From positions 13,279 to 77,278 of the forward strand of contig BTVY01000035.1 of NCBI GenBank assembly GCA_045863335.1: a stretch of DNA of 64,000 bases, given 5' to 3'. The translations under genes and the position numbers were made by a program. Under the pieces are notes generated by a model that had not been told where the DNA came from, did not search any database, and worked only from the letters and a program-made list of their open reading frames with translations. Source of the DNA: Candidatus Hydrogenedentota bacterium (GTDB lineage Bacteria > Hydrogenedentota > Hydrogenedentia > Hydrogenedentales > SLHB01). This document shows, piece by piece, positions 1-9,024 of this stretch. The number at the start of each line of letters is the position of its first letter. The first letter of the stretch is position 1.

Positions 1-1
1 C

Positions 2-238
2 CTCCTTGCCGCCCCGTTAACGTTCCCGGCAGCGTCGGAACGTACCATTGTACTGAGGATAAACCAGGCATCAGAAGCGCACGGCTACATCGACCCAGAT
101 GGCCCCAACAGTGGCCGCTCGTGGATGGACTACGACGGCGCGGGGGCGTTCAGTCCGCTACCCGGAGATCTGAACCAAATCGCGCTCCTGAGCAGCACAC
201 CGGTGCCGGTGGAGGTCAGCGGGTTCAAAACCGATTAG
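2..238 (+). CDS. C-terminal fragment of a probable secreted protein ending in ...TPVPVEVSGFKTD*
   Basis: Frame 2 is open from the window edge to TAG at 236-238 (LLAAPLTF...SSTPVPVEVSGFKTD) and is followed by a terminator-like hairpin; not in the ORF track. Confidence 0.65.
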   Translation, partial: LLAAPLTFPAASERTIVLRINQASEAHGYIDPDGPNSGRSWMDYDGAGAFSPLPGDLNQIALLSSTPVPVEVSGFKTD

Positions 239-262
239 GCTGCATCCCTTCCGTAGCTTCCA

Positions 263-290
263 GCCGGCCCGTCTCTGACGGGCCGGTTTC
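263..290 (+). terminator. Intrinsic terminator-like hairpin
   Basis: Perfect 10-bp stem CCGGCCCGTC-tct-GACGGGCCGG followed by TTTC, 25 nt after the stop at 238. Confidence 0.6.
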
Positions 291-444
291 ATTCTTCCCG
301 CTCGCGTTTGCGTGTTATGCGGGGCTTTCGATAGGCTGTTCAGAACGCAGAAGTGGGGGTACCAGGCGTGAGCGTTCACAAGACGAACCCGGTATGCATT
401 GCAGCTTCCGTTGACGAGACGCGATGGTCCCGAAAGTTCCGCCG

Positions 445-2463
445 ATGATGAAGACGCGTCTCGCAATACCGATCGTGACGTCGCTGCTCCTGAGCGGGGC
501 GTTATCCGCTATGGCCCAAGTTAGCCTTGATTCACTCCTGAATGAGATGACGAGTCTCGACGTGCTAACCCGCATGCCGGACCCGGCATACACGGTGAAG
601 CAATACTCCAGTTACGACCGGCTCTCGCAGGGCGCGCCGCAAGGCAGCGAGGACTGGTTTGCTAACGAGGATCGCGGGAACTTCCTGCGCAGTGAGGAAC
701 GCGAGGGCGCGACCGAATGGGTCATGATGGACGCCGCGGGTCCGGGCGCTATCGTCCGCATCTGGTCGGCGAATCCGGTGGACGCGGGGATCGTGCGGGT
801 CTATCTCGACCACGAGACGACGCCCACCATCGAAATGCCCTTTGCCGAGCTGCTCAGCGGACAAGCGGCTCCGTTTATCGAGCCGATTGCGGGGGTCCGG
901 TCCGCAGGATGGAACAGCTATTTTCCGATCCCGTACGCCGAACACTGCAAGGTAACGGCAAGCAAGCCGGAGTTCTTCTATCACATCAACTACCGTACCT
1001 ATGACGGGGCGGTTGAAGTCGCGAGTTTCCCGCGAGAGATTCCCGCTGAGGCTCTGAATCGTATTCGCGCCGTCGCGGAACGGCTCTCGAGCCCAATGGG
1101 GGCTCCGGCATCGCCAGCGCGGAGCGAAACGCGTTCCCTCACGTACCGGGTGGAACCGGGCGCGGAGCGCGCTGAGATTCTCTCGCACGACGGTTCCGCA
1201 ATTTGCGCTATGGAAGTCCGCGTCACTGCCGACGACGTCGCGACGGCGTTGCGAAAATGCGTCCTGACGATTTCGTTCGACGATGCGGCGCACCCGCAGG
1301 TATGCGCGCCACTCGGCGATTTCTTCGGCACGGCGCCCGGAGCCAACGCGTATGCTTCCCTGCCACTGGCCGTGCGCGACGACGGCACCTTGACGAGCGC
1401 GTGGATCATGCCGTTCCAGCGGTCCGCGCGGATTGCAATACGAAACACCAGCGATGCGCCGGTTCAAATCGATTTGGAGATGGGGATCGACGAGTACGAG
1501 TGGACCGACCGGTCCATGTACTTTCACGCGAACTGGCGCGGCGAGCATCCGGTGCCCACGCGGCCGCGCCGCGACTGGACGCTAATCGACATCGAGGGCG
1601 CGGGCCGGTTCGTGGGAACCATGATGCACGTGGTGAACCCGGTGCTGTTGTGGTGGGGCGAAGGCGACGAGAAGATCTACGTCGACCACGAAGCCTTCCC
1701 CAGCCACTTCGGGACCGGAACGGAAGACTATTTTGGCTACGCGTGGTGCAGTCCCGTGCCGTTCACGCACGCCTACCACAATCAACCCCGCTGCGATGGC
1801 CCGCAAAACTACGGGCACACCTGCGTGAGCCGGTTCCATATACTGGACAACATCCCTTTTACTGAGGCGTTCCGCTTCGACATGGAGATCTGGCACGCGT
1901 GGACCTGCGATATCGCGCTCGCCGCGACCACCTACTGGTACGCGCTGCCGGGTGCAACGTCGAAGCCCGAGGGAATCGACGACGCGGAACTCGTAATCGT
2001 GACCCCTCCCCCGCCGCCGTCGCCGCGATCCGTCGAAGGCGCTTTGGAAGCCGAGTCCCTGGAGATATTGGAGCAGAGCGGTGGAAAGCTCGTCGTCGAG
2101 GACAACGAGAAATACCATTGGAGCGCCGGCAAGCAAGTGCGATGGTCGGGCGGCGCGCCTGGCGATTCAGTGACGTTCGGCTTTCCAGTGGAAAAGGGCG
2201 GCCAATACGAAGTACGCGCGGCATTCACGAAAACAAAACGTTGCGGAATCGTGCAGCTTCATATCAACGGGGAGCCCGCGGACGGCGAACTCGACCTGTA
2301 CGACCCCACCATTGAACCCAGCGGCGAGATTTCGTTGGGAGTCTACGAATTGACGGAAGGTCAGAACATCTTGACCGCGCGGATCATCGGCAAGAACCCG
2401 CGAGCGGTCGGCGACACCTACGCCTTTGGATTGGATTACCTGATGCTGCAACCAGCGCCCTGA
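445..2463 (+). CDS. Secreted DUF2961 (GH172-like) glycoside hydrolase with C-terminal beta-sandwich/CBM-like domain
   Basis: Signal peptide; motifs QYSSYDR, GPGAIVRIWSA, PLGDFFG, WWGEGDEKIYVD, HFGTGTEDYFG. Start could be 424, 445 or 448. Confidence 0.85.
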   Translation: MMKTRLAIPIVTSLLLSGALSAMAQVSLDSLLNEMTSLDVLTRMPDPAYTVKQYSSYDRLSQGAPQGSEDWFANEDRGNFLRSEEREGATEWVMMDAAGPGAIVRIWSANPVDAGIVRVYLDHETTPTIEMPFAELLSGQAAPFIEPIAGVRSAGWNSYFPIPYAEHCKVTASKPEFFYHINYRTYDGAVEVASFPREIPAEALNRIRAVAERLSSPMGAPASPARSETRSLTYRVEPGAERAEILSHDGSAICAMEVRVTADDVATALRKCVLTISFDDAAHPQVCAPLGDFFGTAPGANAYASLPLAVRDDGTLTSAWIMPFQRSARIAIRNTSDAPVQIDLEMGIDEYEWTDRSMYFHANWRGEHPVPTRPRRDWTLIDIEGAGRFVGTMMHVVNPVLLWWGEGDEKIYVDHEAFPSHFGTGTEDYFGYAWCSPVPFTHAYHNQPRCDGPQNYGHTCVSRFHILDNIPFTEAFRFDMEIWHAWTCDIALAATTYWYALPGATSKPEGIDDAELVIVTPPPPPSPRSVEGALEAESLEILEQSGGKLVVEDNEKYHWSAGKQVRWSGGAPGDSVTFGFPVEKGGQYEVRAAFTKTKRCGIVQLHINGEPADGELDLYDPTIEPSGEISLGVYELTEGQNILTARIIGKNPRAVGDTYAFGLDYLMLQPAP

Positions 2464-2511
2464 TTGGACCATGCACGGTGAGGACCGCGGGCGGACGAAG
2501 GAGTTGTTACG

Positions 2512-4524
2512 ATGCGTTATGCCGGTCGTGTTTTGATGTTCGCGTTGGGGGCGGCGGTCGCCATTGGCGCGCAGGGGCAAGTGACGATGGAATCGCTTCT
2601 CGGCGAGATGACTGATCTGACGGCTCTGACGCGGTTCCCGGATCCGGCGTATACCGTGAAGCAGTTCTCGAGCTACGACCGGAGATCCTTGGATCCCGCC
2701 GTGTTGACGGACGAGAACTGGTTTGCCAACGGCGACCGGGGTCAGCACCTGCGCCAGGAAGAGCGCGACGGCGCGACCGAGTGGGTGCTGATGGATGCGG
2801 ACGGCCCGGGAGCAATCGTGCGGTTCTGGTCGGCGAATCCTGCCGACGCCGGGATCGTGCGAATCTACGTGGACGGCAACGCCGAACCCGCCATTGAAAT
2901 GCCCCTCACAGATATGCTCGGCGGGACGGCCGCTCCCTTCGTGAAACCGATCGCTGGCGAACGGTCGCAGGGGTGGAACAGCTACTTGCCGATTCCCTAT
3001 GCACAACACTGCAAAGTCACAACGAGCCAACCCGACTTCTACTACCAGATCAACTACCGGACGTATGCGGACGGCACGCGTGTGCGGAGCTATTCGGAAC
3101 GGGAGTCGGAACGGGCGGCTGCTTTGGTTGAATCGGCTGCGGCAAAGCTTGCTTCACCGGCGGACCTCAACCTGCCGGATTTGCCGAAGCAAGTGGCCAA
3201 GCGCTTTGAACATGCGCTCGAGCCCGGCGCGTCCGGCACGGAGCCGGTGCAAGCGCCCGGCGCCTTGTACGCCCTCGACCTGCGGGTCGAGGCGGACGAT
3301 CTCGAAGCGGCGCTTCGCGGATGCCTGTTTGAGATCTCCTTCGATGGCCTACCCGATGCTTCGGTGGTTTGTCCCCTGGGCGATTTCTTTGGCACCGCGC
3401 CGGGGCCGAATCCTTACGCCTCGTTGCCACTAGGCGTGAACGAGGACGGCACGCTTTATTGCCGGTGGGTGATGCCTTTCCAGCGCGGCGCGGAACTCCG
3501 CTTCACCAACACCACCCATGCGCCCCTGTCGATCTCCGGGACCTACGTGCTGGGCTCCTACGAGTGGACGGACGCGTCCATGTATTTCCATGCGACCTGG
3601 CGAAGCGAGTACCCGGTGGCGACGCAGCCCCGGCAGGACTGGACGTATGTGGATATCGACGGGCAAGGCCGCTTTGTGGGCGACATGCTTCACATCACGA
3701 ATCCGGTGAAGGCCTGGTGGGGCGAAGGCGACGAGAAGATTTACGTGGACAATGAGGATTTCCCCAGCCACTTCGGGACGGGCACGGAGGACTACTACGG
3801 GTACGCGTGGTGCAGCAACATTCCGTTCACGCACGCGTACCACAATCAACCGCGCTGCGATGGCCCCGCCAACCATGGGCAAACCTGCGTGAGCCGCTTT
3901 CACATTATCGACAATATTCCGTTCACGAAGGCGTTCAAATTCGACATGGAGGTATGGCACTGGGAGGAATGCGAGATCGCCATGGCCGCCACGTCGTATT
4001 GGTACGCGATGCCGGGCGCGACCCACTCCGGTCCGCCGATCGACACCGCGGCCTTGAAGATCGTCACGCCACCGCCAGCGCCCGCACCCAAGGTCGTCGA
4101 AGGCGCGTTAGAGGGCGAGAGCCTGAAAGTAGTCGAGCACACGGGAGGAAATGCGGTCGTTCAGTCCAGCGACGCTTGGGAATGGAGCCGCGAACAACAA
4201 TTGTGGTGGCGCGACGGCAAACCCGGCGACCGTCTAACCGTGGAATTCCCTGTGGAGAAGGCAGGGCGCTACGACGTGCGCGCCGTCTTCACGAAAGCCG
4301 TCGACTACGGCATCATGCGCCTGCTCATCAATGGCGAAGAAGTGAACCCGGCACGGGACTTCTACAACAACGGCGTCATCGCCACGCCGGAAGAATCATT
4401 CGGCACGTTTGAACTGAAGGCCGGCGCAAACACATTCACCGCGGAAATCGTCGGCGCTAACGCCGAGGCGATCCCTGGGCACATGTTTGGGCTGGACTAC
4501 CTGCTCTTGGTACCCGCGGAATAG
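2512..4524 (+). CDS. Secreted DUF2961 (GH172-like) glycoside hydrolase, tandem paralog
   Basis: RBS AAGGAG; signal peptide; same QFSSYDR, WWGEGDEK and GTGTEDY motifs; colinear with 445..2463. Confidence 0.87.
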   Translation: MRYAGRVLMFALGAAVAIGAQGQVTMESLLGEMTDLTALTRFPDPAYTVKQFSSYDRRSLDPAVLTDENWFANGDRGQHLRQEERDGATEWVLMDADGPGAIVRFWSANPADAGIVRIYVDGNAEPAIEMPLTDMLGGTAAPFVKPIAGERSQGWNSYLPIPYAQHCKVTTSQPDFYYQINYRTYADGTRVRSYSERESERAAALVESAAAKLASPADLNLPDLPKQVAKRFEHALEPGASGTEPVQAPGALYALDLRVEADDLEAALRGCLFEISFDGLPDASVVCPLGDFFGTAPGPNPYASLPLGVNEDGTLYCRWVMPFQRGAELRFTNTTHAPLSISGTYVLGSYEWTDASMYFHATWRSEYPVATQPRQDWTYVDIDGQGRFVGDMLHITNPVKAWWGEGDEKIYVDNEDFPSHFGTGTEDYYGYAWCSNIPFTHAYHNQPRCDGPANHGQTCVSRFHIIDNIPFTKAFKFDMEVWHWEECEIAMAATSYWYAMPGATHSGPPIDTAALKIVTPPPAPAPKVVEGALEGESLKVVEHTGGNAVVQSSDAWEWSREQQLWWRDGKPGDRLTVEFPVEKAGRYDVRAVFTKAVDYGIMRLLINGEEVNPARDFYNNGVIATPEESFGTFELKAGANTFTAEIVGANAEAIPGHMFGLDYLLLVPAE

Positions 4525-4530
4525 TAGAGG

Positions 4531-4744
4531 AAATTCGAAATCCAAATCTCGAAATCCGAAACAAATTCGAATGACCAAAACTCGAAACGAGATTACGCAG
4601 TAAACGGAGTGATATTCGACGACCGATTCCTCACGGAATCGGAGTACATGTCTTTATTGGCACATAGACCCCGAACCGCATGCCAACATTTTGAGTTTCG
4701 GATTTGGGATTTGTTTCGGATTTCGAGATTCGAATTTCGGATTT
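4531..4744. repeat. Inverted pair of ~57-bp heptamer-based repeats (AAATYCG-like units) with an internal hairpin
   Basis: 4531-4588 AAATTCGAAATCCAAATCTCGAAATCCGAAACAAATTCGAATGACC; a reverse-complement-like copy at 4689-4744; hairpin CCGATTCC-tcac-GGAATCGG at 4623-4642. Confidence 0.8.
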
Positions 4745-4748
4745 GATC

Positions 4749-5249
4749 CTACGGCATTGGCGGCATGCCGAAGGCGGACCACTCCTCTTTCGCGGGACCG
4801 TACACACCGTTCGGTTGGAGTCCGGCCTGGCGCATGAGCACGGTCATCTGACCGCGATGGTGCGCGTGATGCAGTTCCAGGCAGAGAAGGGTGACCCCGC
4901 GGGTCCATTGTTCCCCGTACATGTCGTCCTCTTGGAGGAGCGTCTCGTCGGTCCAGTTCGCACGCAATTGCCCGACAAGACTGTCCGAGGCCGTGATAAA
5001 CGCCGACACAATCTCCGACGCGGATGCCGGAACCGGCGCATCCTCGGCCGGGGCGTCGACTGTAAGACCCGTGCGGGCCGGCATTTCGCCCAGAGTTTGC
5101 ACGAGGTGCCAGGCGATGAACCCGAGTGAGCGCCCGTCGGCGGTGACGGACTGGGAGAGCGAAGCGTCAGTTAACCGCTCGAAGAGTTTGACGGTCGATT
5201 CGTGCTCGTGCTTCCAGCTCGCATAAAAGTCTTCCAGTTTTCGGAACAT
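4749..5249 (-). CDS. DinB family protein
   Basis: 166 aa; RSLGFIAWHL and HHAHHRGQMTVLMRQAG metal-binding His motifs; GVYGP tail. Confidence 0.9.
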   Translation of the reverse strand: MFRKLEDFYASWKHEHESTVKLFERLTDASLSQSVTADGRSLGFIAWHLVQTLGEMPARTGLTVDAPAEDAPVPASASEIVSAFITASDSLVGQLRANWTDETLLQEDDMYGEQWTRGVTLLCLELHHAHHRGQMTVLMRQAGLQPNGVYGPAKEEWSAFGMPPMP

Positions 5250-5280
5250 TCTCGATCTCCCTTGGTCAATGGGCCTACGC

Positions 5281-5721
5281 TCAGCCTTCGACGACTTTCC
5301 GGCAGACTTCGTTCAGGAGTTTTCCGTCGGCTTGCTCGCCGAGTTCCTTCTTCATAGCCCCGGTCAGTTTGCCCGCATGGTTCATTTCGGGATGCTCGGC
5401 AAGATACGCGCGCACGCGCGCCTCGATTTGATCGGCGGTCAACTGGGTTGGCAGGAACTCCGTGATCACGGCAATCTCCGCCTCCGTCGCCTCCGCCTCG
5501 TTCTGTTTGCCCAATTCGCGGAAAATCTCAAGCGATTGCTGCCGCTTCTTGACCTCCCCACGGACCGCCGCGAGGGCGGATTCCTCGGTGAGCCCGGAGG
5601 AGGACTCCTTTTCCTTTAACAGCAAAGCTGCCTTGACCATACGCAGGCACTCGAGCCGTACGTGGTCCCGGTTTTTCATGGCGAACTTGATTTCTTCCTG
5701 GACCCGTTCCTTGATACCCAT
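5281..5721 (-). CDS. GatB/YqeY domain protein
   Basis: 146 aa; AMKNRD..RL..LRMVKAA, KKRQQS..F...G, E.EIAVI.EFLP.QL, G.ADGK; RBS AAAGGAG. Confidence 0.9.
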   Translation of the reverse strand: MGIKERVQEEIKFAMKNRDHVRLECLRMVKAALLLKEKESSSGLTEESALAAVRGEVKKRQQSLEIFRELGKQNEAEATEAEIAVITEFLPTQLTADQIEARVRAYLAEHPEMNHAGKLTGAMKKELGEQADGKLLNEVCRKVVEG

Positions 5722-5939
5722 TTCGTGCTCCTTTCGTGGAGCACTAATCTATGCGTAGGGCCAGGACAAAAGCAATAGCGGCGTCCGTGGACAGACGATC
5801 AAGTTATTCCACGCGAGAAGCAGAATTTGTCACAAGAGAGCAAATCGAGGCCAAAGGACGGCCTCGCGTAGGACGCCCCCCTTGGAGGGGGTTACTGTAA
5901 GTATCTCATTAGTGGAGCGTTACGATAAATTACCGAACG

Positions 5940-5956
5940 TTGGCGCGAAATTTGCA
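5940..5956 (+). promoter_or_regulatory. Sigma-54 (-24/-12) promoter
   Basis: TTGGCGCGAAATTTGCA matches TGGCACG-N4-TTGCW with exact GG-N10-GC spacing, ~75 nt before the ORF at 6032. Confidence 0.65.
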
Positions 5957-6031
5957 CTTTGCGGCTTATCCGGGCTAACGCCCCGGTGGATTCATTGGGT
6001 TCATTCTGATTGGGACTGAAGGAAGTTCTAG

Positions 6032-6286
6032 ATGTTCTACGGGGGAATATATGGTGAAGAGCGCGAGGACGCGTTTTTCGTGCTTCAGGAATTGAGCACG
6101 GTGCTCAAGTACCTGGCGAGCGAGATCGACTCCGCCCTTGAGCACAACGGCGAAGTCGACACGGACCGACTTGCCCGGATCGCCCAAGCGTTGAACGCCA
6201 GCCATCATACCCTGCTGACCCTTTCGAACGCGAAGGACGGCGGACGAATCGCCGTGGGTAAGGTCTTCGATCAAATGCTGGACTGA
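6032..6286 (+). CDS. Small helical hypothetical protein (84 aa)
   Basis: RBS AAGGAAG, typical codon usage, downstream of a sigma-54-like promoter. Confidence 0.65.
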   Translation: MFYGGIYGEEREDAFFVLQELSTVLKYLASEIDSALEHNGEVDTDRLARIAQALNASHHTLLTLSNAKDGGRIAVGKVFDQMLD

Positions 6287-6512
6287 CCCGGTGTCCACCC
6301 GGCTCCACCTGGTATAGCCAATCCCTTGAATGACTTGGCACTGGCCCGATGCTTTCCCTGCGCCCTTCTGACGCCATCCAATTCGTGGGCTTACGTCCAA
6401 ATCACCCGAATTGCACCCGATCCGCGAAGGAGTATTTCCGCCTCTTGCACCTACCTTGGGCTGAGAAGCCGATGGGAGCGATCCGCTCCGAACACCAAGG
6501 AGGATTTAAGCG

Positions 6513-6944
6513 ATGCGGGATAACACACGCGCCGGCCGCAATGCCGTCTACATGGGACCAGAGGCGCTGCACCTGTTCGACTACGAGCAGGGCGCCTGGT
6601 ATGAGACGCCGGAAGAAGTCCAGGCCGGGCTCGAATGGGGTAGGCGCAAGGCGCTGTTGCTGGCCTGGGTGCGGCGCAGAATGAAGAAACGCCTGACGCC
6701 CCGGGAACGGCGCTGCACGGAACTCTACTTTTTCGAGGGGCACACCTACCGGGAAATCGGACGGCTCACGGGAACCAATGCCAGCTCGGCTTACCGGGCC
6801 GTCCTGCGGTCGTTGCGCAAACTGAAAGCGGACGCCGAGAACGAAGGAGATTCCTTGTCGTCCCTGTACTGGGATAGACCGCCTAAGGCGACAAATCCTG
6901 AGGAAGTGGACTCAGCGCCCGGGCAAACCGGACCAGCGTCGTGA
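6513..6944 (+). CDS. Stand-alone sigma-70 region 4-type HTH protein
   Basis: RBS AGGAGG; LTPRERRCTELYFFEGHTYREIGRLTGTNASSAYRAVLRSLRKLK resembles a region 4 HTH; no region 2. Confidence 0.75.
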   Translation: MRDNTRAGRNAVYMGPEALHLFDYEQGAWYETPEEVQAGLEWGRRKALLLAWVRRRMKKRLTPRERRCTELYFFEGHTYREIGRLTGTNASSAYRAVLRSLRKLKADAENEGDSLSSLYWDRPPKATNPEEVDSAPGQTGPAS

Positions 6945-7428
6945 CGACCTCTTCCAGGCGTTCCCGGGTTCGGGCGTCAACGATTTGCTCGCCCATGACG
7001 TCGTCCTCGTTGGCATAGACGAAGCGCGGCACGACGACGCTGCGAAAATCGAGCATCATGCTGCTGGCAAGCCCCATGATGGACATAAAACTGGTCTGGC
7101 CGCCGGCGGCGCAGAGGAAAGCGACGACTTTCTCTTTCCATGCGTCGCCGGTGAGTTCGATCAGATTCTTGGCGGCGGAATTGACGTCAAAATTATAGAC
7201 GGGCACCGCAATGATGGCCCCTTCGCATTCCGCGACGCGCCGTTTCAAGTCGATTACATCCGGGTGCTGGTAGCTGGACCGGCCATCGCAAAAAGGGAGC
7301 GCCAAGGTCTGCAGATCGATAAACTCGGCATCGACACCGAGGGACTCAAGACGGTTCAGGGCGCCATGAGCCAGGACACGGCTCCGGCTTCCCGGATTCA
7401 AACTACAACTAAATACCAGAAATGCCAT
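6883..7428 (-). CDS. NADPH-dependent FMN reductase (flavodoxin-like)
   Basis: SCSLNPGSRS, PVYN, KNLIEL, AAGG motifs. Confidence 0.88.
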   Translation of the reverse strand: MAFLVFSCSLNPGSRSRVLAHGALNRLESLGVDAEFIDLQTLALPFCDGRSSYQHPDVIDLKRRVAECEGAIIAVPVYNFDVNSAAKNLIELTGDAWKEKVVAFLCAAGGQTSFMSIMGLASSMMLDFRSVVVPRFVYANEDDVMGEQIVDARTRERLEEVVTTLVRFARALSPLPQDLSP

Positions 7429-7489
7429 GATTTACGATCACTCCAACGATACCCCGTTTGGGAACGATTGGGCAGGGCGAAATGTTCCC

Positions 7490-8932
7490 TCACCGATGCG
7501 AAGACCCCCCATCGCGAACGACCATAAGCCGGATCTCCGTCATTTCTTCCATGGAGAAACGGAGGCCTTCGCGCCCCAGCCCGCTGGCTTTGACCCCGCC
7601 ATAGGGCATGTGATCGACGCGCCACGAGGGCACGTCGCCGATCATCACGCCGCCGACGTCGAGGACGTTCCAGGCGCGGTGGGCTTTGTAGATGTCCCGA
7701 GTAAACACGCCGGCCTGGAGACCATACTCGCTGTCGTTGGTTTCGGCCAGCGCCGCTTCAAAGTCGCTGAATCGCGACAGTATGGCGACCGGGCCGAACA
7801 CTTCCTGGAACGACAGGGGCTCATCGCGGGGAACGTTTTCGAGAAGTGTCGGTTGCACCATGAGCCCCTCGCGGCCGCCGCCGCAGAGAACCTTCGCCCC
7901 CTTGGATACGGCGGACTGAACCCAGTCCACGATGCGGGACGCCGCCTTTTCGTCGATTACGGGACCTATAAAGGTATCTTCGTCGTGGGGATTACCCACC
8001 TTGAGACCCTTCGCCGCTCCGACGAGCCGCGTCTTGAAGTCGTCGTACACGGCTTCGTGGACAAGGATGCGTTGCACGCTGATACAGCTTTGCCCGGATT
8101 GGTAAAAGGCACCGGTGCTGATGCGATCCACGGCATCGTCGAGATCGGCGTCTTCATCGACGATACACGCCGCATTGCCGCCCAGTTCGAGGATGACCTT
8201 CTTCCGTCCCGCGCGGGCTTTCAGATCCCAGCCCACGTCGGGAGAACCGGTAAAACTGAGGAGCTTCAGCCGATCGTCCGTAGTGAACAGGTCAGCCCCG
8301 TCGCGCGGGCAGGGGAGGATTGAGAACGCGCCCGCAGGCAACCCCGTTTCGGCCAGGACTTCGCCGATCAGCAACGCGCCGATAGGCGTGCGGCTGGCGG
8401 GCTTCAACACGAAGGGGCACCCGACCGCCAGGGCCGGCGCGATTTTGTGGGCCGCAAGATTGAGTGGAAAATTGAACGGCGAAATGAACGAGCACGGCCC
8501 GATGGGTACGCGCTTCCACATGCCGGAGTAGTTCCGTGCGCGCGGCGAGATGTCCAGCGGCAAGACCTCGCCCAGAATGCGCACCGACTCTTCGGCGGCC
8601 GTGCGGAAGGTATCGACAAGCCGGGCGACCTCGCCGCGGCTATCTTTAATGGGTTTTCCCGCCTCGACGCAGAGCGCATGGGCGAGTTCCTCGCGCCGCT
8701 CCTCGAACCGGCGGACACAGTGCGTCAGGACATCGCGCCGCTCGTACGCGGCCAGCTCGCGCATCGGCTCGGCGGCAGCAGCCGCCGCGGCAATGGCCCG
8801 CTCGATGGCGTCCGGATTCGCGACAGCGACACGCGACGCGACCTCGCCGGAGTACTTGTCGCGAACCTCGAGATCGTGATTAGGAGATTCCGGACGGTTC
8901 GCCAGATAGTAGGGATAGGTCGATTGCAGCAT
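7490..8932 (-). CDS. Aldehyde dehydrogenase family protein
   Basis: SPFNFP, KPA, SFTGS, LELGGNA, GQSC (catalytic Cys), EVFGPV, PYGGVKASGLGREG; start at MLQSTY is likely. Confidence 0.93.
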   Translation of the reverse strand: MLQSTYPYYLANRPESPNHDLEVRDKYSGEVASRVAVANPDAIERAIAAAAAAAEPMRELAAYERRDVLTHCVRRFEERREELAHALCVEAGKPIKDSRGEVARLVDTFRTAAEESVRILGEVLPLDISPRARNYSGMWKRVPIGPCSFISPFNFPLNLAAHKIAPALAVGCPFVLKPASRTPIGALLIGEVLAETGLPAGAFSILPCPRDGADLFTTDDRLKLLSFTGSPDVGWDLKARAGRKKVILELGGNAACIVDEDADLDDAVDRISTGAFYQSGQSCISVQRILVHEAVYDDFKTRLVGAAKGLKVGNPHDEDTFIGPVIDEKAASRIVDWVQSAVSKGAKVLCGGGREGLMVQPTLLENVPRDEPLSFQEVFGPVAILSRFSDFEAALAETNDSEYGLQAGVFTRDIYKAHRAWNVLDVGGVMIGDVPSWRVDHMPYGGVKASGLGREGLRFSMEEMTEIRLMVVRDGGSSHR

Positions 8933-9024
8933 ACCTATGAGTATACCCCGCAATCGCAGAGAATAGAAAAGAGGCCGGATTCCGCATGACGGAAATCCGG
9001 CCTTCCATGCTTTTAATCCATGTT

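Noticed and set aside
4531-4744. Possible CRISPR array
   Set aside because: Units are 7 bp and degenerate, with no constant 23-47 bp repeat, no unique spacers and no cas genes.
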